From assembly GCA_002633005.1 (NCBI GenBank), contig NMRA01000949.1, positions 26,799 to 90,798 of the forward strand: DNA of 64,000 nucleotides. The letters run 5' to 3'. Source of the stretch: Phoronis australis. Taxonomy: Eukaryota; Animalia; Phoronida. A program made the position numbers and the translations under genes. Positions 1-13,180 of this stretch are shown here, piece by piece (position 1 is the stretch's first letter; the number at the start of each line of letters is the position of its first letter). The notes beneath the pieces were generated by a model. That model made no database searches. It had not been told where the DNA came from and saw only the letters and a list, made by a program, of their open reading frames with translations.

Positions 1-699
1 CCAGTTAACTGAAATTGAGTTCTAAAACGAGGTTATGCTTTGGACAAACGAATTAGGTGTTTTAATTTTAAAATTCAACTTGGTCCAGATTGATATTTGA
101 AATCTAACACATAAAATAGATGTAAGAATTATTAAAACCAAGAAAGCAGAATTGATGGTCAAATAATTTTTATTTTCAATTACGAGCCTGGTTTTTTATT
201 TTAATAAAAATATATTTGATAACATCAATTATTCTTTCAGATCAATGACAAATCAACTGTTAGTTCCATTGAGTGCCTACCTCACCAAGATCAAGCTATG
301 CTTGATGTTAATATTCTTGATCAACATATTAAACCAGATGTGACTAATTGCATATGACAGCCAACACTGTCAAATATATCTTCAACTCGTCAACAATACA
401 AGCAGATGACCTGGTTCGTGTAGAAAGCACTTTGATCAACAATTTACAAGAAGAAACGTAACCCTGCATTCAGTGTAATACCTAATCCGTAACACTACGA
501 TCGCCGCAATTTGGTCATATTTACTTTTCATGTTTCGAGCCTAGTTTTCCTAAAAAATAAACTCTTTCGTCAGACAACTCTTTTGTCTCTGTGGTTAATT
601 GTCGACACATTATTAAAATTTAATATCCAGGTTGGACTCGAAAGACCGGCTATTTAACTCACGCAATTATGTCAACTTCCGCTTTGTTTATCCGCCTCC

Positions 700-890
700 T
701 TAGGTCTACACAACTAAAAATACTAAATCTCACTTAAGGTAAAGTTCAAAGTCACCGACAATTATCCATAACCGCTATTTTCTGAGATAATTTATTCAAA
801 TTTTTTCTAGGCTGTGATGGACTAATAATTTCGTGGCTAAACCTTTATTCAGTAAATTACTGTAATTTCTGACTTCATAAAGCCACTTTC
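700..890 (+). repeat. Partial copy of MITE family B
   Basis: Shares the internal core 'cacaacta...taaatctcactt...gataattt...tttctaggctgtgat' with the copies at 4723, 12337, 25647 and 29320. Termini are not clearly visible. Confidence 0.5.
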
Positions 891-1262
891 TCCTAACACC
901 AAATGATGTGTTTTATGAATCGCCATTGCTTACTATAAGCTTAAGTTGGACCTACGACTGAAAACAAAGCAACGAGTGTTTGCATTCCCGTGAACACCGT
1001 GTGGAAAGCTTGTTATTTATGTCTGAGCGTGTTTCAAATCTTTTTTACCAACATCCAGAGCACAAAGCAAATGTCGCACAGCTCGCTAACAACTGTTTTA
1101 TAATGCCACTGCAACATTGCTATATACTGTGGTTTTCGATCCCAGTTGATATGCACCTCTATAAGTATTCGCGGATAACTAAAATCTTTTCTTCAAACAA
1201 AATATGACGAATGAAAATGTCACAGCAGTCTATGGGAGTGTTAGTGTTTTAAACCATTTTAA

Positions 1263-3329
1263 GAGCCATTCCACGAGAAAGTCAAAAGAAATCAAAAAAT
1301 TAATCTAGCGGTCATCTTTTAAATTCAACTTAAACTTTGTGTGTGTGATGATGGCGTGGCTCTGATACAAAAATCCCCAATTTTGCACATATTGATCTCT
1401 TAGTTTTTACCTATAGGCCTTCAAAGGTTTAGGAAGAAAATGACACTTTTTTGCATACTGAAAGCAGCACAATTTTTTCAACACAAAAAACAGATCGATT
1501 GCATGCCATGAAAGGAAACACATAACGAGGTTATGAAGTGGGACGTGATGACTACCAAATAAAATTGATACTAACAATTTCGCTGCATTCATCACGTGAC
1601 AGGGGAGATAAACCCAGAAGCACCTTTGTAGTGTTGAAAGTGGGTGTCACTCAAGTGCCTCTACAAGCCAGTTTGTGGCGCTGCAGACATTGAAACTTTT
1701 GTTTGTGGATAGATCTTGGATGTGAACAAATATGAAAAGTCTTTCGATTGGGCTTTTTTTCATTTTTTGTTCCAAAATGCCCCAATGTTGCGCATTCTAC
1801 ACTTTTTAAAGGAACGTTTTTGTAACTTCATTATATTTAAAATGCTTTCAAGAAAAAGTGTTTAATGAAAATCAACATTTTACAATGTGATCCACTGAGC
1901 GTTCATAACTGACCGTGGGTCAGACGTTACGCAGACACATGGGTACATATTTGCCAGGTGTCAATGCCCAAAACGGTTTTGAGATTGACATGAATAATTC
2001 ATGTGATTTAATGAAACATTCCGATTTGTGCTCTATTTCAAGGCAATTTAGCTTTTATTTTATTACCATTCTTTTTAATTAAGGGTTCCAGACTGTATGA
2101 ATCGGTCGAATCGGAAATTATTTTTTCACTTTGAAGACAAAAGCCTACATCACAGGAAAGGCATCGACGTCTGAAATACAAAAATGAAAAAATCCCATTA
2201 AAATTGCATGGTGCTTTCAAAAGTTATCGCTATTATTTGTCAAATTTTGACTCATTATTTTGATCGAATCTGCCATCTTGCTATATCAGCGGCACAGGTT
2301 ACGAGTTTAAAAGTGCTTGTCAAAACATTATTTTCACAAATATTCTACAAGTAAAATTTAGTGATACATAGCCTTGCCTAACATTTCGTACACCAGAAGT
2401 TAATCACGCAGGTGTAACTTATTGAGGGGTTAAAGTGCTCACAATTCACGTTGGACAACATAGGGACTATTGCTGAACTGAAAAGCATGTTCAAACGGCT
2501 ACATTGTCATCGGTGAAGATTTAACTAAAATGTATTTGTAGACTGCTACAAAAATCAGTATTGCACGTTTTTTCAGTTCTTGCAACATAACTAAATGGAA
2601 TCTTTAATATATTTCAATGTGCAGTGCCCATTCAGTTAACCTTGCACTGCGCTAAAAATACCGTTGAAATTGTCCTGAAATCGTTTTTTGGCTGGAAAGT
2701 CAACTTTTGTTCAAGGTATGTGTAACAACAGGGCATATATTTTTCTGAACTTTATGCATAAATTGTGCTTTTGATTCATGTTTTGTAACCAGTTACCTCC
2801 TACTTCAAGATTTATCAAAGCAACACATTGTGAAAAATCTTACTTTGATTTACAGAAATGGGTTACATTTGGATTATAAAGTGTGAAGTTTACTCGAATA
2901 CTGCTGTCTCATAGCTTCATATTTTTATCATCATGCTTGCCAAATTCTAGTTTATGGAGGAACGCTTTTATGGTACTCAGTCGCCATGGTAACAATTATG
3001 CATGTCTAGTTTCATACTTAACGTGTGTTTGGTTCAACCAGTGTTGTTGTAATTTTCCAAAATACATTCTGAAATTTTCCAAGGTACATTCTAAGTTACT
3101 TACTGTGGCAAAAGGCTGATAGGATCATTCTATTTTGCGTATTATTTTGTACTGAGATCACTTTGCTAGGTGTACGCCTTAGCTACAATGAAACTTAAAA
3201 AATAAAGGCCCAAAAAATTCAACAAAAATTTTTGAAAATATCCCACCAAGAGGTATGTACGCACATTTTTTTCAACATCTGAATCGGTGACCCTAGTGTC
3301 GACCTTTTGATGCTCTCGTGGAATGAAAG
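1263..3329. mobile_element. Non-autonomous Kolobok-like DNA transposon (~2.07 kb)
   Basis: Left end ttaa|gagccattccacgagaaagtcaaaag and right end cttttgatgctctcgtggaatgaaag|ttaa. The inverted repeat cattccacgagaaagtcaaaag / cattccacgagagcatcaaaag matches at 19/22, with TTAA on both flanks and a purine-purine start. No intact ORF inside. Confidence 0.65.
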
Positions 3330-3531
3330 TTAAGGAGTACGTAACCAAGGGAACAGTTTTGGCCAATCGTTTTAACTGATGGAGCGTCGATTTGTTGAAG
3401 GGGATATAACCCATCTTCCGTCACAAAAACTCGCATTTGATCATGAAACTGGTGCTTTGGTTTGACGACTTAACCATTGGCCATGTTGCAGATTGAGTTG
3501 ACTTACAAAACATGTCAGTTGCTGCTGGCGA

Positions 3532-3631
3532 CACGGCTCGACTTCACAATCCATGTGAAAGCAACGCACCGTGTGGCAGAATGCACGGCTCGACTTCACA
3601 ATCCATGTGAAAGCAACGCACCGTGTGGCAG
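3532..3631. repeat. Tandem duplication, 48-bp exact unit with 52-bp period
   Basis: cacggctcgacttcacaatccatgtgaaagcaacgcaccgtgtggcag occurs at 3532 and again at 3584. Confidence 0.95.
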
Positions 3632-4722
3632 CATCCCGTAAAAATATCTAGATGTCTGTTTTGACTGGAAGCTTGTTTGTGAGAAATCGGCTATTCCTAA
3701 TAGTATAACAAAACACTACAGACTTTGCTGCTTTATAGGTCTGCTCAAGGCCAATAACCTCGAGAAACGAAGCTTACCCAAAATAACCCCGACAAACGTT
3801 TTCGTTCGTATGATGTGATTGCGTCTCTCAGTTGAAAGATTTTGTTGACTACGGTTGGAGTCGGCGATCAAGTCGCTCAGCGTTTGTGAATGGGAAGTGA
3901 TGGCGTCTGAATAGCGGATATTTTTTTCATTTTGCTGTTTGTAGTTGGTGTGATAAACCAGCTAAATTGTCGCTCCTGGAAACGACTTGAATAATACCGG
4001 AAAACTGCCGGATCTGGGATGAAGCAAGATGGGTGCATCTATACTTTTCTAAGGCAATTAATGTTCGCGTAATTCCTAAAAACGTCATGCCGTTTTTGAT
4101 CGTGCGTGAGGCGGTCACTTTTCTCTGCCCCCACTTTAAACCCTTCCACACTCTCAGTCACAAATATGTCTATGGCTGCAACAACTTGCGACTGCATGTG
4201 CAAGTTTTAAAAATTCATGTAGACCAGAATTTAGCTTGCAATGACCTTTGGCTGGCCCATCGTTCCAATTCATTTACAGACCATTAAAGCCATTCATATC
4301 TCACTCATCAAATCAATAAAGCGAACCTTAAACATCGCTTCTGCCTTTTGACATTTAAAAGCCTCTAAATTTCCAATATGTAAGATCAACAGACAGTATT
4401 TGCAATGATTTAATACAAAAAGAATTATTCCGGCATGTGTTCACTATGCATGCGAAGTAGCAGTGAATGTGGGCTAATATGAACACGGCATCCAGTCTGT
4501 GAATTCGAGACAGTCTACCGTACGCAGAGGTTTTCGATCATGTCACTTGCTCGTAAGTTATTGAGTTGATATCTATGTTAAACACGATATTTTCAATGAG
4601 TTTGCTGCCATTCACGGCTGAACGCCTCAGATACGGTGGACTGGCGTCTCTAATGATTTTCTCTCATGCTCGTTCGTTCATCTTGAAGGTAGGCCAAACA
4701 CGATTTTACTAATCTTCTCTAA

Positions 4723-4942
4723 GGACCTGATTCACGAAAGGCGACTTGAGATGTAACCATAGATTTGGTGTTACGCTCCACACAACAATTTCTGAAAACG
4801 AATTAAATCTCATTCAGAACAAGAATGCATAAAACCGCTAGATACTGAGACAATTTCTACAGATCAGATTATAAATCAACTGCGATACACTCATAATTTC
4901 TTGGCTAACGGGTTATAGGTCACTTTTCATAAAACAGTACCC
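4723..4942 (+). mobile_element. MITE family B (PIF/Harbinger-like termini)
   Basis: Imperfect TIRs ggacctgattcacgaaaggcgac ... gtcacttttcataaaacagtaccc. Internal 'ttacgctccacacaac...attaaatctca' is shared with the other B copies. Confidence 0.6.
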
Positions 4943-7900
4943 AAGAAATCATTGATGGACTAACTATTAATTGAGCCTAACGTGGAGTATATTTAAAGGA
5001 GCAAAATAGAAATTTACGACCAAAAATGTATTTTTGTGTTATTGTTGGCTGAGACAGACCTTTTGAACTTATTGGCTATCACCAGAGCAACAAACCAACT
5101 CACTCTGTTGTGTTTTTGTTATCTAAACGCCAATCGCTAATTCCCACCATTTTCTGCCAGCCATTCCCTGAAATCGAGGCAGGTGACCTAATCAGATAAA
5201 TACACTTAAATAGGCTGCCACTTACCAAATGAAGTTTAGGTCCCTCAGATATCGTTGGACAGCAACCGCGAGGGTTGTAAATTAGATTCCGTGCTGATAA
5301 CTGAAAACGAAGATTCTCGCCCATAATGTCACTTTAAATGGAACTGATGACATCAGTTTGAAAATATGTTCCTTTACTGGCGTTCCATTTCAGTTTGCGT
5401 TATAGTGAAATTCCGTGTCGATCGACTGTGGTGACCATTTGTAAGTAACGTCTGCACCACCATATACTCAAAAATTCACATGGAGTAGTTGCGAAATGAT
5501 TTTCGCCAAGTCTGCTAACGTGAGAATTCATTTTATAAAATGTCATTCTGTTTTTACACAAAGAGAGCGTCTTTGGTCATTATCTCGGGGAATTATATAT
5601 GTGACAAGTAGGAGCCGTGTGTAGAATGGCCGTCATGTCAGTTGTCGGTTGTTGTGGGTTTTTGATACGGTTTACCGAGTGTAGATGTGGATATTTATAA
5701 GAAGGCAAATCAACCAACAGCGTTCACAAATCAAAGATATCCCATCTGCCGCCTTACGTGTGATTCTGTCCAATCACGTGTCATCACCATGGGCACCCAC
5801 CGTTGGTCTGGGAATGTAGCCTCCTCACGGTAGGAAGGCAGATCTTCCGTCTGACTTTGGGGCAGACAAGAAGGCAAACCACGGGATATCTGGCCAGCTT
5901 TCCCATGTGATTACTCAGACGGCGGATGAGGCGTTCGATCTACTTTTTGACTGGACGGTACGTGACTGTTGGGTGTGGATAATAAGCTTTTTTAAACAAA
6001 CCCTGTACGTTTACTATTTCATTGAGCTTACAAGGGATGAGCCTGTCATGGCGGTTGCCTATCTTCCGTTCCACTTAACGCATTAAGATGCACATACCTA
6101 TTTGGTAGCACTGATTATGTTAGTGTTAAACCAACTATGATTTTAATACAATTCATCTGTTACTATCAAGCACACATAAAACTTCAACGTTTGCTACGTT
6201 GGTTGTGGACACTCGATTTCTAAGTTCTCGGCTCAGTCTTCGGACTCTCGTATCGTTTCAGTTTCATAGCGCATGTCACTTCTGTTTATATAACCGAAGG
6301 TGAACTGACGGAGGTTTGAAGATAGAAAAAAGTAAGATACCCACCCTTTTTAGACATTGGACACGAAAAATGACCCATTTGCAGGTACCTTCTCTGAGAA
6401 AGGTATCTTTTTGTAGAGTTTTGTTCCAATGAGATAATTCTGATGTTTCTGGACCTCTAAAATTAAAGACTTGTCGAGAATTTAATGGAAATAGACACAA
6501 TGACATTCGCTGAAAATCCGAACGTAAAAACAACACCCATTTGAGCGGCACTTCACTTATCTGTCTTCTATACTATTTTACACTATCTATCCGTTACTTG
6601 CGCAAAAATAACCAGCTATGCTCGCAAACTGTTTCATGCGTTATCTTAACAGCATAAGTTGGCCAATCAGAGAGTATATTACAAAATCCATGTGTTCGTG
6701 TTAACAATGATTAGAGACTTAAAGTCGTTACTTTATTATACAACAGGGATCTCGAGTAATTAACTTATGAGTCAAGGTGTCGGTAATCACTGAGCAAATC
6801 GACACAATGTTATTAGAATTGGAAAACTATCAATTTAGCGCGTTGTCTTTTCAAGCTGTGATGAACCGCGGGACGCATTCGCTACTCATCAGAGATAGCT
6901 AGGCGGCAGTCAGTTAGCAGGCGTACGTTCCATAGGCGCAAGAACCTCGCGAAATCGCAAGATCACGGAAGGTTTTGCGAGGTGTCGCCATGTATAACTA
7001 TCGAAGTACGTGAACACATTGGCTTCACTCGCAAAGTTCTTGCTTATACGGAACTCAATCCACTTGAGGTAATCAAAAGTTCAAAGACAAACATAGGCAA
7101 TCGTCCCTTATTCCATCACTGCCCGGGAAATTTTCGGCTAATGTTTTTTCTCATTTACAGATACAAAACTAAGATACTCACTCATGTAGGGAGTGGGAAG
7201 GTTCGAAAAATGGACCAATGTGTAGGGAGCTTCGATGAAAAATTTCTCCTCAGAAACATCACCTTTTCGTAGGGGTTATCTTCATGCAAAAGGTATATAT
7301 TCTATGACATGGTATCTTGGAAATGGAACATTTTGAGGTACAAACACTCAAAGTGGACCCTTTCGTAGAGGAGTGTGCAGAAAAATGCACCCTTTTACCA
7401 CGGGATTATGTCGCAAAAGAGACCTTTTCGAAGGTTTGCCATCCATCTCAGCGTCACGTCCCCTGTGCTCTTCGGTATAAGAGTATTCTTTCTGGTCCCA
7501 TCCTTCCCAGTCCGTGCATTTGAAATCCAGTATCATTGGGTCCAGCGTCCTTCCCTTGACGGTATATTTAGTTATCCATCAAGGTTCGTCCCTCCCATTT
7601 TTGGGTCCATTGTTATATTTTCAAAGTGCAAACGTCCAGTCCAATGCTCGTGCTTATTCTTGATCAAGCCTGACGGAATGAAAATATTTTTTTTTTGTCA
7701 TTGCGTTTGCAGGTTGCTTTGCCGGCATGTACATTTTAGCTGCTAACGCCTTGAAATACGTTGTGCGTGAAGTGGTCGTACGCTGAGATGCCCATTTCGC
7801 ATCCTTCAGATGTGTTTTGTCCTACAGCCATAATTGACCGCGCATTGATTTTGGAAATCAGTAATGAAAACAATTGGTCATCAAAATGCGCAAGTTTTAG

Positions 7901-8710
7901 TCATAGCCATTAGCGAGCTATTTAACCGTCATAAAACAAAATTGGTAGAGACGTGATACTTAGTACTTTGACTTCAAGATAGTTGATTGAGTATTTGTTA
8001 CAAAACTGCTTTATCGATGTAACAGTTACGATCTCCATACTCCATTTAAAGTTCATTTCGACCCTTTACAGATGAGAAAATCGCCTCCGTCAAGTAATCA
8101 CTGCGTCACGTGACAAGGTGTAGACCAACCAACACTCTCCGACCATGGTTTACGGTGGAGACACATCACGTGATCTTGGTGTTTTTTATCAAAGTAAACC
8201 ATCGACTGGTGAGGTGAATATCCTCGAAATAATTAAATTTTAAACAGAACAAGAACCAGTGAATTTGGTTTATAGCAGCAAATGAACCCCTTTCAAGTTC
8301 GGATACGTTATAGGGGGTTGCCGCGCTGCGCCTGATGTCAGTTCACGGATTGCTTTGTGAAGTGCAACAAATCATCCGATGCCGATTACTGCGTGAACGG
8401 AGTGAAACCATAGAAGTCGGTTTATTAAGATTATAATGGAATGTTTTTAATGTTGAATTGTTAACCGGCAATGTTTTACATTCAAGAACTCGTTCAACAA
8501 TGGACCGTTGAATTGTGGCGTATGTTTTTGCAAGTCAATCACAGCCGGTCAAACTCAATTACCGCGTGTAAATCACAACAGGCGTTCACAAAGACGAGTG
8601 TTTGTGCAACTGGCTACAGCTAGATACCTGTGTGGTGCGAGTACCGCGCAAGATTGCGCGAAAGGCTTACAACGGACTCCAGTGTGCTCGTTCCAGTCGA
8701 GCGGCCGGCC

Positions 8711-8737
8711 ATGAGCGGAGAGGTCGCACTGGAATAA
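8711..8737 (+). promoter_or_regulatory. Candidate short uORF (MSGEVALE*) in the putative 5' UTR of the nAChR gene
   Basis: gccATGagc...gaaTAA in a GC-rich stretch ~135 nt upstream of the main ATG. It matters only if transcription starts upstream of 8711, which is unknown. Confidence 0.3.
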
Positions 8738-8847
8738 ATCAGGAGCTTCCATACTAAACGTGAGGTTAGGCGAAATTATAGTGCGTCCTCCTCAACGCGA
8801 AAGACGAGCGTGAATCTTATACAGAAAGGTGTTAATGTTCACGAAGA

Positions 8848-8896
8848 ATGGATTTCACACGTGTTGTTGTTTTTATAATGATCACTGCCACTGCAG
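8848..8896 (+). CDS. nAChR alpha subunit (alpha9/alpha10-like), coding exon 1 (signal peptide)
   Basis: agaATGg in strong Kozak context encodes MDFTRVVVFIMITATA, a hydrophobic signal peptide. It ends at a consensus donor CAG|gtaagt in phase 1, which matches the phase-1 acceptor of exon 2. Linkage across the 24.6-kb intron is inferred. Confidence 0.75.
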
Positions 8897-9976
8897 GTAA
8901 GTTCATTAATTAAAAACCTTGGGATGCCTGGTTTACCGTCTCCTTTAGCAAGGGGTTATCGCATCGCTATTGAATGCGTAGATAAACTCACGTAGGCCTA
9001 TCATCGGATTCTTTTCGAAGTTAATTATTCGAAACACTCCTATGTTCTTCGCATAGAACTGCAGACTTTTCTGCCCATTGAGAACTTTTGAGAGTCATTA
9101 GGATAGCGACGTAGACATTAACTCAATGGAAATTTTCTTTATTAAGATTCTGATACACACGCAAATTTTCAACGTAGCCAAGCATTCTTCTCGTCGTATT
9201 GTTTTGGGAATTCGAGTTCTGCAAGTTAGCCCCTTCCATCTTCAAATAAACAGCCAGAGATAGCGTTCATAACGAATTCACCCAATAAAATTGTCTTTTT
9301 ATAATTTTTATCACTCCTTTGTGTTTCTTACAGAGAACGTAAAACATGAAAGCTTCAGCAGAGTCCTATAGGGTGAATGTTTCCATTTTTAAAGTTCTTA
9401 ACCCTTGAAGTTGCCTTTTTCCAAGGTACATAATCGAAAAACGCACCCTTGGTTGTTTACCCTACTCAGTGAGCGACATGTTTCACAAAATTAGGCCTGC
9501 CATGAAAGTACCCCCATTACCCCTGTGAGCTGCGGCAGAGACACCCAAGTTCAGATTAATCCGCTTAGAAATAAAAAATCTGGATGATTTGTGTCGCTAA
9601 TTGACTGACTTGAATTACGTCGCTTGGCGAATGAACACCTCTTGGCACACCGAGTTCTTGGCGGTCCGGAAAACACGGACCTACTGTGAAAAAAGCGAAA
9701 ATTACGTCGCTGTCTGGTAGATGCGTGTACGTACAGTTTTTTGTATACGATGATTGATCTCGTTCAACAGTGCTGCGGTTCCTGTTTCACCAGCGTAAAT
9801 TATGTCTGATTGGTACGACTCTCACTCGAGTTGATGGCCTACAAAGGGATGGCACAGGTGAAAGGATAGAAAATCTGATAATACCTAAAAAGTTACAATA
9901 CTCGCGTGACAAAATAACACGCATCATATTTCCATCATGAATTTCTAAAGTAAAAAAAGCATATTGTTTAAAAATC

Positions 9977-10005
9977 AGAGCTGCGCATTAGAGCTGCGCA
10001 TTAGA
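9977..10005. repeat. 13-bp tandem duplication
   Basis: agagctgcgcatt x2 followed by aga. Confidence 0.85.
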
Positions 10006-12336
10006 CCGACATTTTGAGTGAAAGTTGTTTTTATTTTGCAAGAACGATCTGTATTAGACACGTGTTTCACTGCCTCAATTTGGGAGAAAGAAGGCCCCTG
10101 TTTTGTAACCGTTGACCAACCTTCTTGCGAAACAGAGGCATCCTTCTTATGACTAGCCGTAACTGAAGGTTCATTAGTGCGAAAACTTTTACATCTGTGA
10201 TTACGTCACGTCGATTTATTTAGGGCTTCTGCTCTAATGCAACTTGCCATTATTTGATTCATTAAGCATAATTAATGTAATACCTAATAACACGGGAGAT
10301 CATCTAGCAGTGATCTTCTGGGTAAATGGACGTCAAAGCCTTTGCGTGTTTTGATGTTACTCGTCGGGTCTGCGAGGAACACAAATTCAAATGGAGCAGA
10401 ATTTCTACAAAATTTTCGAGCTCTTACGAGCACGTGATTCTAACAAGCTGCTCTTTTGTTTACAAACATCGGGTCGATATATGTGTTTTAACTTACAACT
10501 GAGGTCTTGTTAATGACATTCAAGAAATTTCTATAGATCGACTGTCTAACTTTGGAATCTACTACAGGGATTTTATTCTCTTTAACCTTAAAACTATAAG
10601 CGAGGTTCATCATGAGATAGAATAGCAAATACTCTTGCACTCAAACTGATATTTACAAATACTTCGATTTCTGTGAGGTAACAATAGACTATAACTCAGA
10701 AAATCATTGAATTAATTATCTTCAATGCACAATGCGAGACATTTGAGGACAGCATTTTAATTTAAGAATCTGTGTTGGCCGCAAAGTTGTGGTGAGGAAA
10801 AAGTCTTTTCATACAACCAATATGTGAAATACTATAAATCATGAGTTTTATTTGCGTTTACAAATTCCCCTCCCCCCCACTCACCCTCATCACCCGCAGA
10901 CAGCGCATTCCCATACCCTTCGTGTTTCAAATGCTATAAACCTAATCTGGTGGAAATAATTACGGAGGCACAATACTTTCTAACAAAGATTTAACTTCTA
11001 AACTTGAAACTAATTAAAAAACATAGAAAAGCAAAAATACTAAAAAGAAATACAAGACAGGTGAGAAAAAAGAACGCTGACGGAATCACTGATAATGACG
11101 ATAGTGTTAAAGAAAGAATGGTTATTTAAGATTTACCCTGGTGCAGATTTTGTACAGTGGTCAATTGCTTCTGTCCGTTACGCTCATTGATTAACTGTTT
11201 AAGTCAATAAAAATTGACCGCGAGCCGTTTGGACAACAAAGTCACATTAAGATCTTGACTACAGCCTGCATGTGTATCACCACTATAGGCATAATTTCAG
11301 GAGCGCGTACCGCGTCATTGGTGGAAAAATAATTTCATCGACGCACGGCGAATGCTTTGCTCGGGCCAGCGTGCCCATTGGAATTAGAAGCGAAAACAGA
11401 CAAAAAATAACATGGCCCATAGGTCCTGCAAATTGGCCCGTAGACTTGGTGCAGAGAACGTGCCCACGCTTGACTAAACTGATACCTGCGACCAGTAGAC
11501 GGCACTTGCTAGTTATGTGAGTTGTTTGGGTGACCATATAAAACAATATCTTGTGTGTATCCTCAAATAAAGACCAGATGGTAAATAGACAACGTTAAAT
11601 AGCAATTCTAAACCGTGTCGTGAAAAGATCAGATTACGTCACAACGAACCGACAATAATATAGGGTGCGGTCTTTTGTAAAACCAAGTGCACTGTATATC
11701 GGTTTTTCGTGATCAGTGCAGTCACATGGATTGTTATTACTCAAAACCAGCGGTTGTAACTGGATATTTTGACAAATACGAGTGAGAGAGCAGGGATATT
11801 TGCAGCGTAATTATTTCATCAAGTGTCAGTGCGTTATTGGGAGAAATTTGTAAGGATTGCCCCGCTTTCGTTGAGGGTGATGAGGAGAATTGTTCAAGAC
11901 GACACATTGTTTGTAGAAAAACACACACGTGCATTTTTTTTCCTTCAAATCATGCGAAACTTGGTTGCGGCAGACTAGAAATCCATATTCCAAAACCGGG
12001 TTGATGATGTAGGCCTCTCTCGGTGCCTGGAAGTCTGACGCCCTTCTTAAAAGCCGGCTAAAACCCAGTGGCACACCTTCTGCAAAATCCAACTTTTGGT
12101 TTAGGGCATTAACTGTTATAAAAATCTCATGTAGATTTTCGGTCACGTTAAAAATAATTTCTTGGCTTGACAACTGACAGGTGGTTATTGCTTCAGAATA
12201 GGCCCGTTAAATTTCTTGTCACGGCGGGCTTGTTTCGTTCACCAAGGCAACATGGCCCCCAGGGAGTTTACTGTGACCAATTTCAATCCAAGCAAAGAAT
12301 GAGAGTACGAAAGATCTGCTTTGGAAGAGCAGAAAG

Positions 12337-12517
12337 CCTTGTTTCATGAAGCGTGACCCAAGGCTTAAGTCAAGAGTCTCACGCTTCACACAACTATTTC
12401 GGAAAATAATCAAATCTCACTTGTGCAAAAGTGCAAAGCCGCTGAGAATAAGCACAAAACTGATAGTTACTAACGTAATTTACATACAGTTTCCTTAAAT
12501 TATTTCTAGACTGTGAT
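12337..12517 (+). mobile_element. MITE family B copy, cut on the right by a family A copy
   Basis: Left TIR-like ccttgtttcatgaagcgtgac plus the B core ending at 'tttctagactgtgat', which is followed directly by the G-run of family A. Confidence 0.6.
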
Positions 12518-12769
12518 GGGGGGGGGGGCTCGGGAGGCTCGAACGAGCCCCCCAATTTGGCGAATTGGGCAAAAAGGTCCGCGACACTGAAACAAAAAGT
12601 CGTAGTAAACGAGACAAAAGTCCACAAAATCCACGGGAAGTCGGCGCAGATGCACAAATTTATAATTCGCGGGCCTGAACCTAGTGGCCCCGTTTTTTTA
12701 ATGCTCGTAAAAGGTCCGCATAACGCAAAAATTCGAGCCCCCCTATATTCTCGGTTGGGTGCGCGCATG
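12518..12769 (+). mobile_element. MITE family A copy (left TIR missing)
   Basis: G-run-ctcgggaggctcgaacgagccccccaatttggcg...aaaaggtcc...ttcgagcccc...gggtgcgcgcatg, homologous to the five other copies in the window. Confidence 0.85.
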
Positions 12770-13025
12770 AGCAAGTCACTGTTTTGGAGGAAATTACGGA
12801 ATCCCTTCTAAACATGGGCTGCGCGGGTGTCCACGTTTTGAGCAACGATGCTTTATAGTAACGAAGACATGTTTTAATTCGGTGCTAGCCGAACAGATTG
12901 TGATTGCATAGATGTAAGCAGAAATGTAATTGGCTTCACTGGCTGCGCTTGATTGCTTTCACCGATTCCAATCGACCAACACATCTCATTTGTTCTCAAT
13001 AACAACTTCCGGCTTAGAGACCAAT

Positions 13026-13180
13026 CAGGGCTGAGTTGCATAAAGCTTCAAAAGTTATCCGATGGATAAGTTTGATTGTTGCATGACGTCACGTGCATTG
13101 TTCAACACTAACAACGTGACGCGTGATAATGGACGTCATTGTTGCTATACGGCGTATAACTTTTATGCAACTGGGCCCTG
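13026..13180. mobile_element. Short MITE (~155 bp) with Harbinger-like TIRs
   Basis: cagggctgagttgcataaag ... ttttatgcaactgggccctg inverted termini. Confidence 0.7.

Noticed and set aside
5928-5963. Alternative first exon (ATG AGG CGT...GGA CG|gtacgt)
   Set aside because: The donor would be phase 2, incompatible with exon 2, and the peptide is not signal-like. A non-coding exon cannot be excluded.
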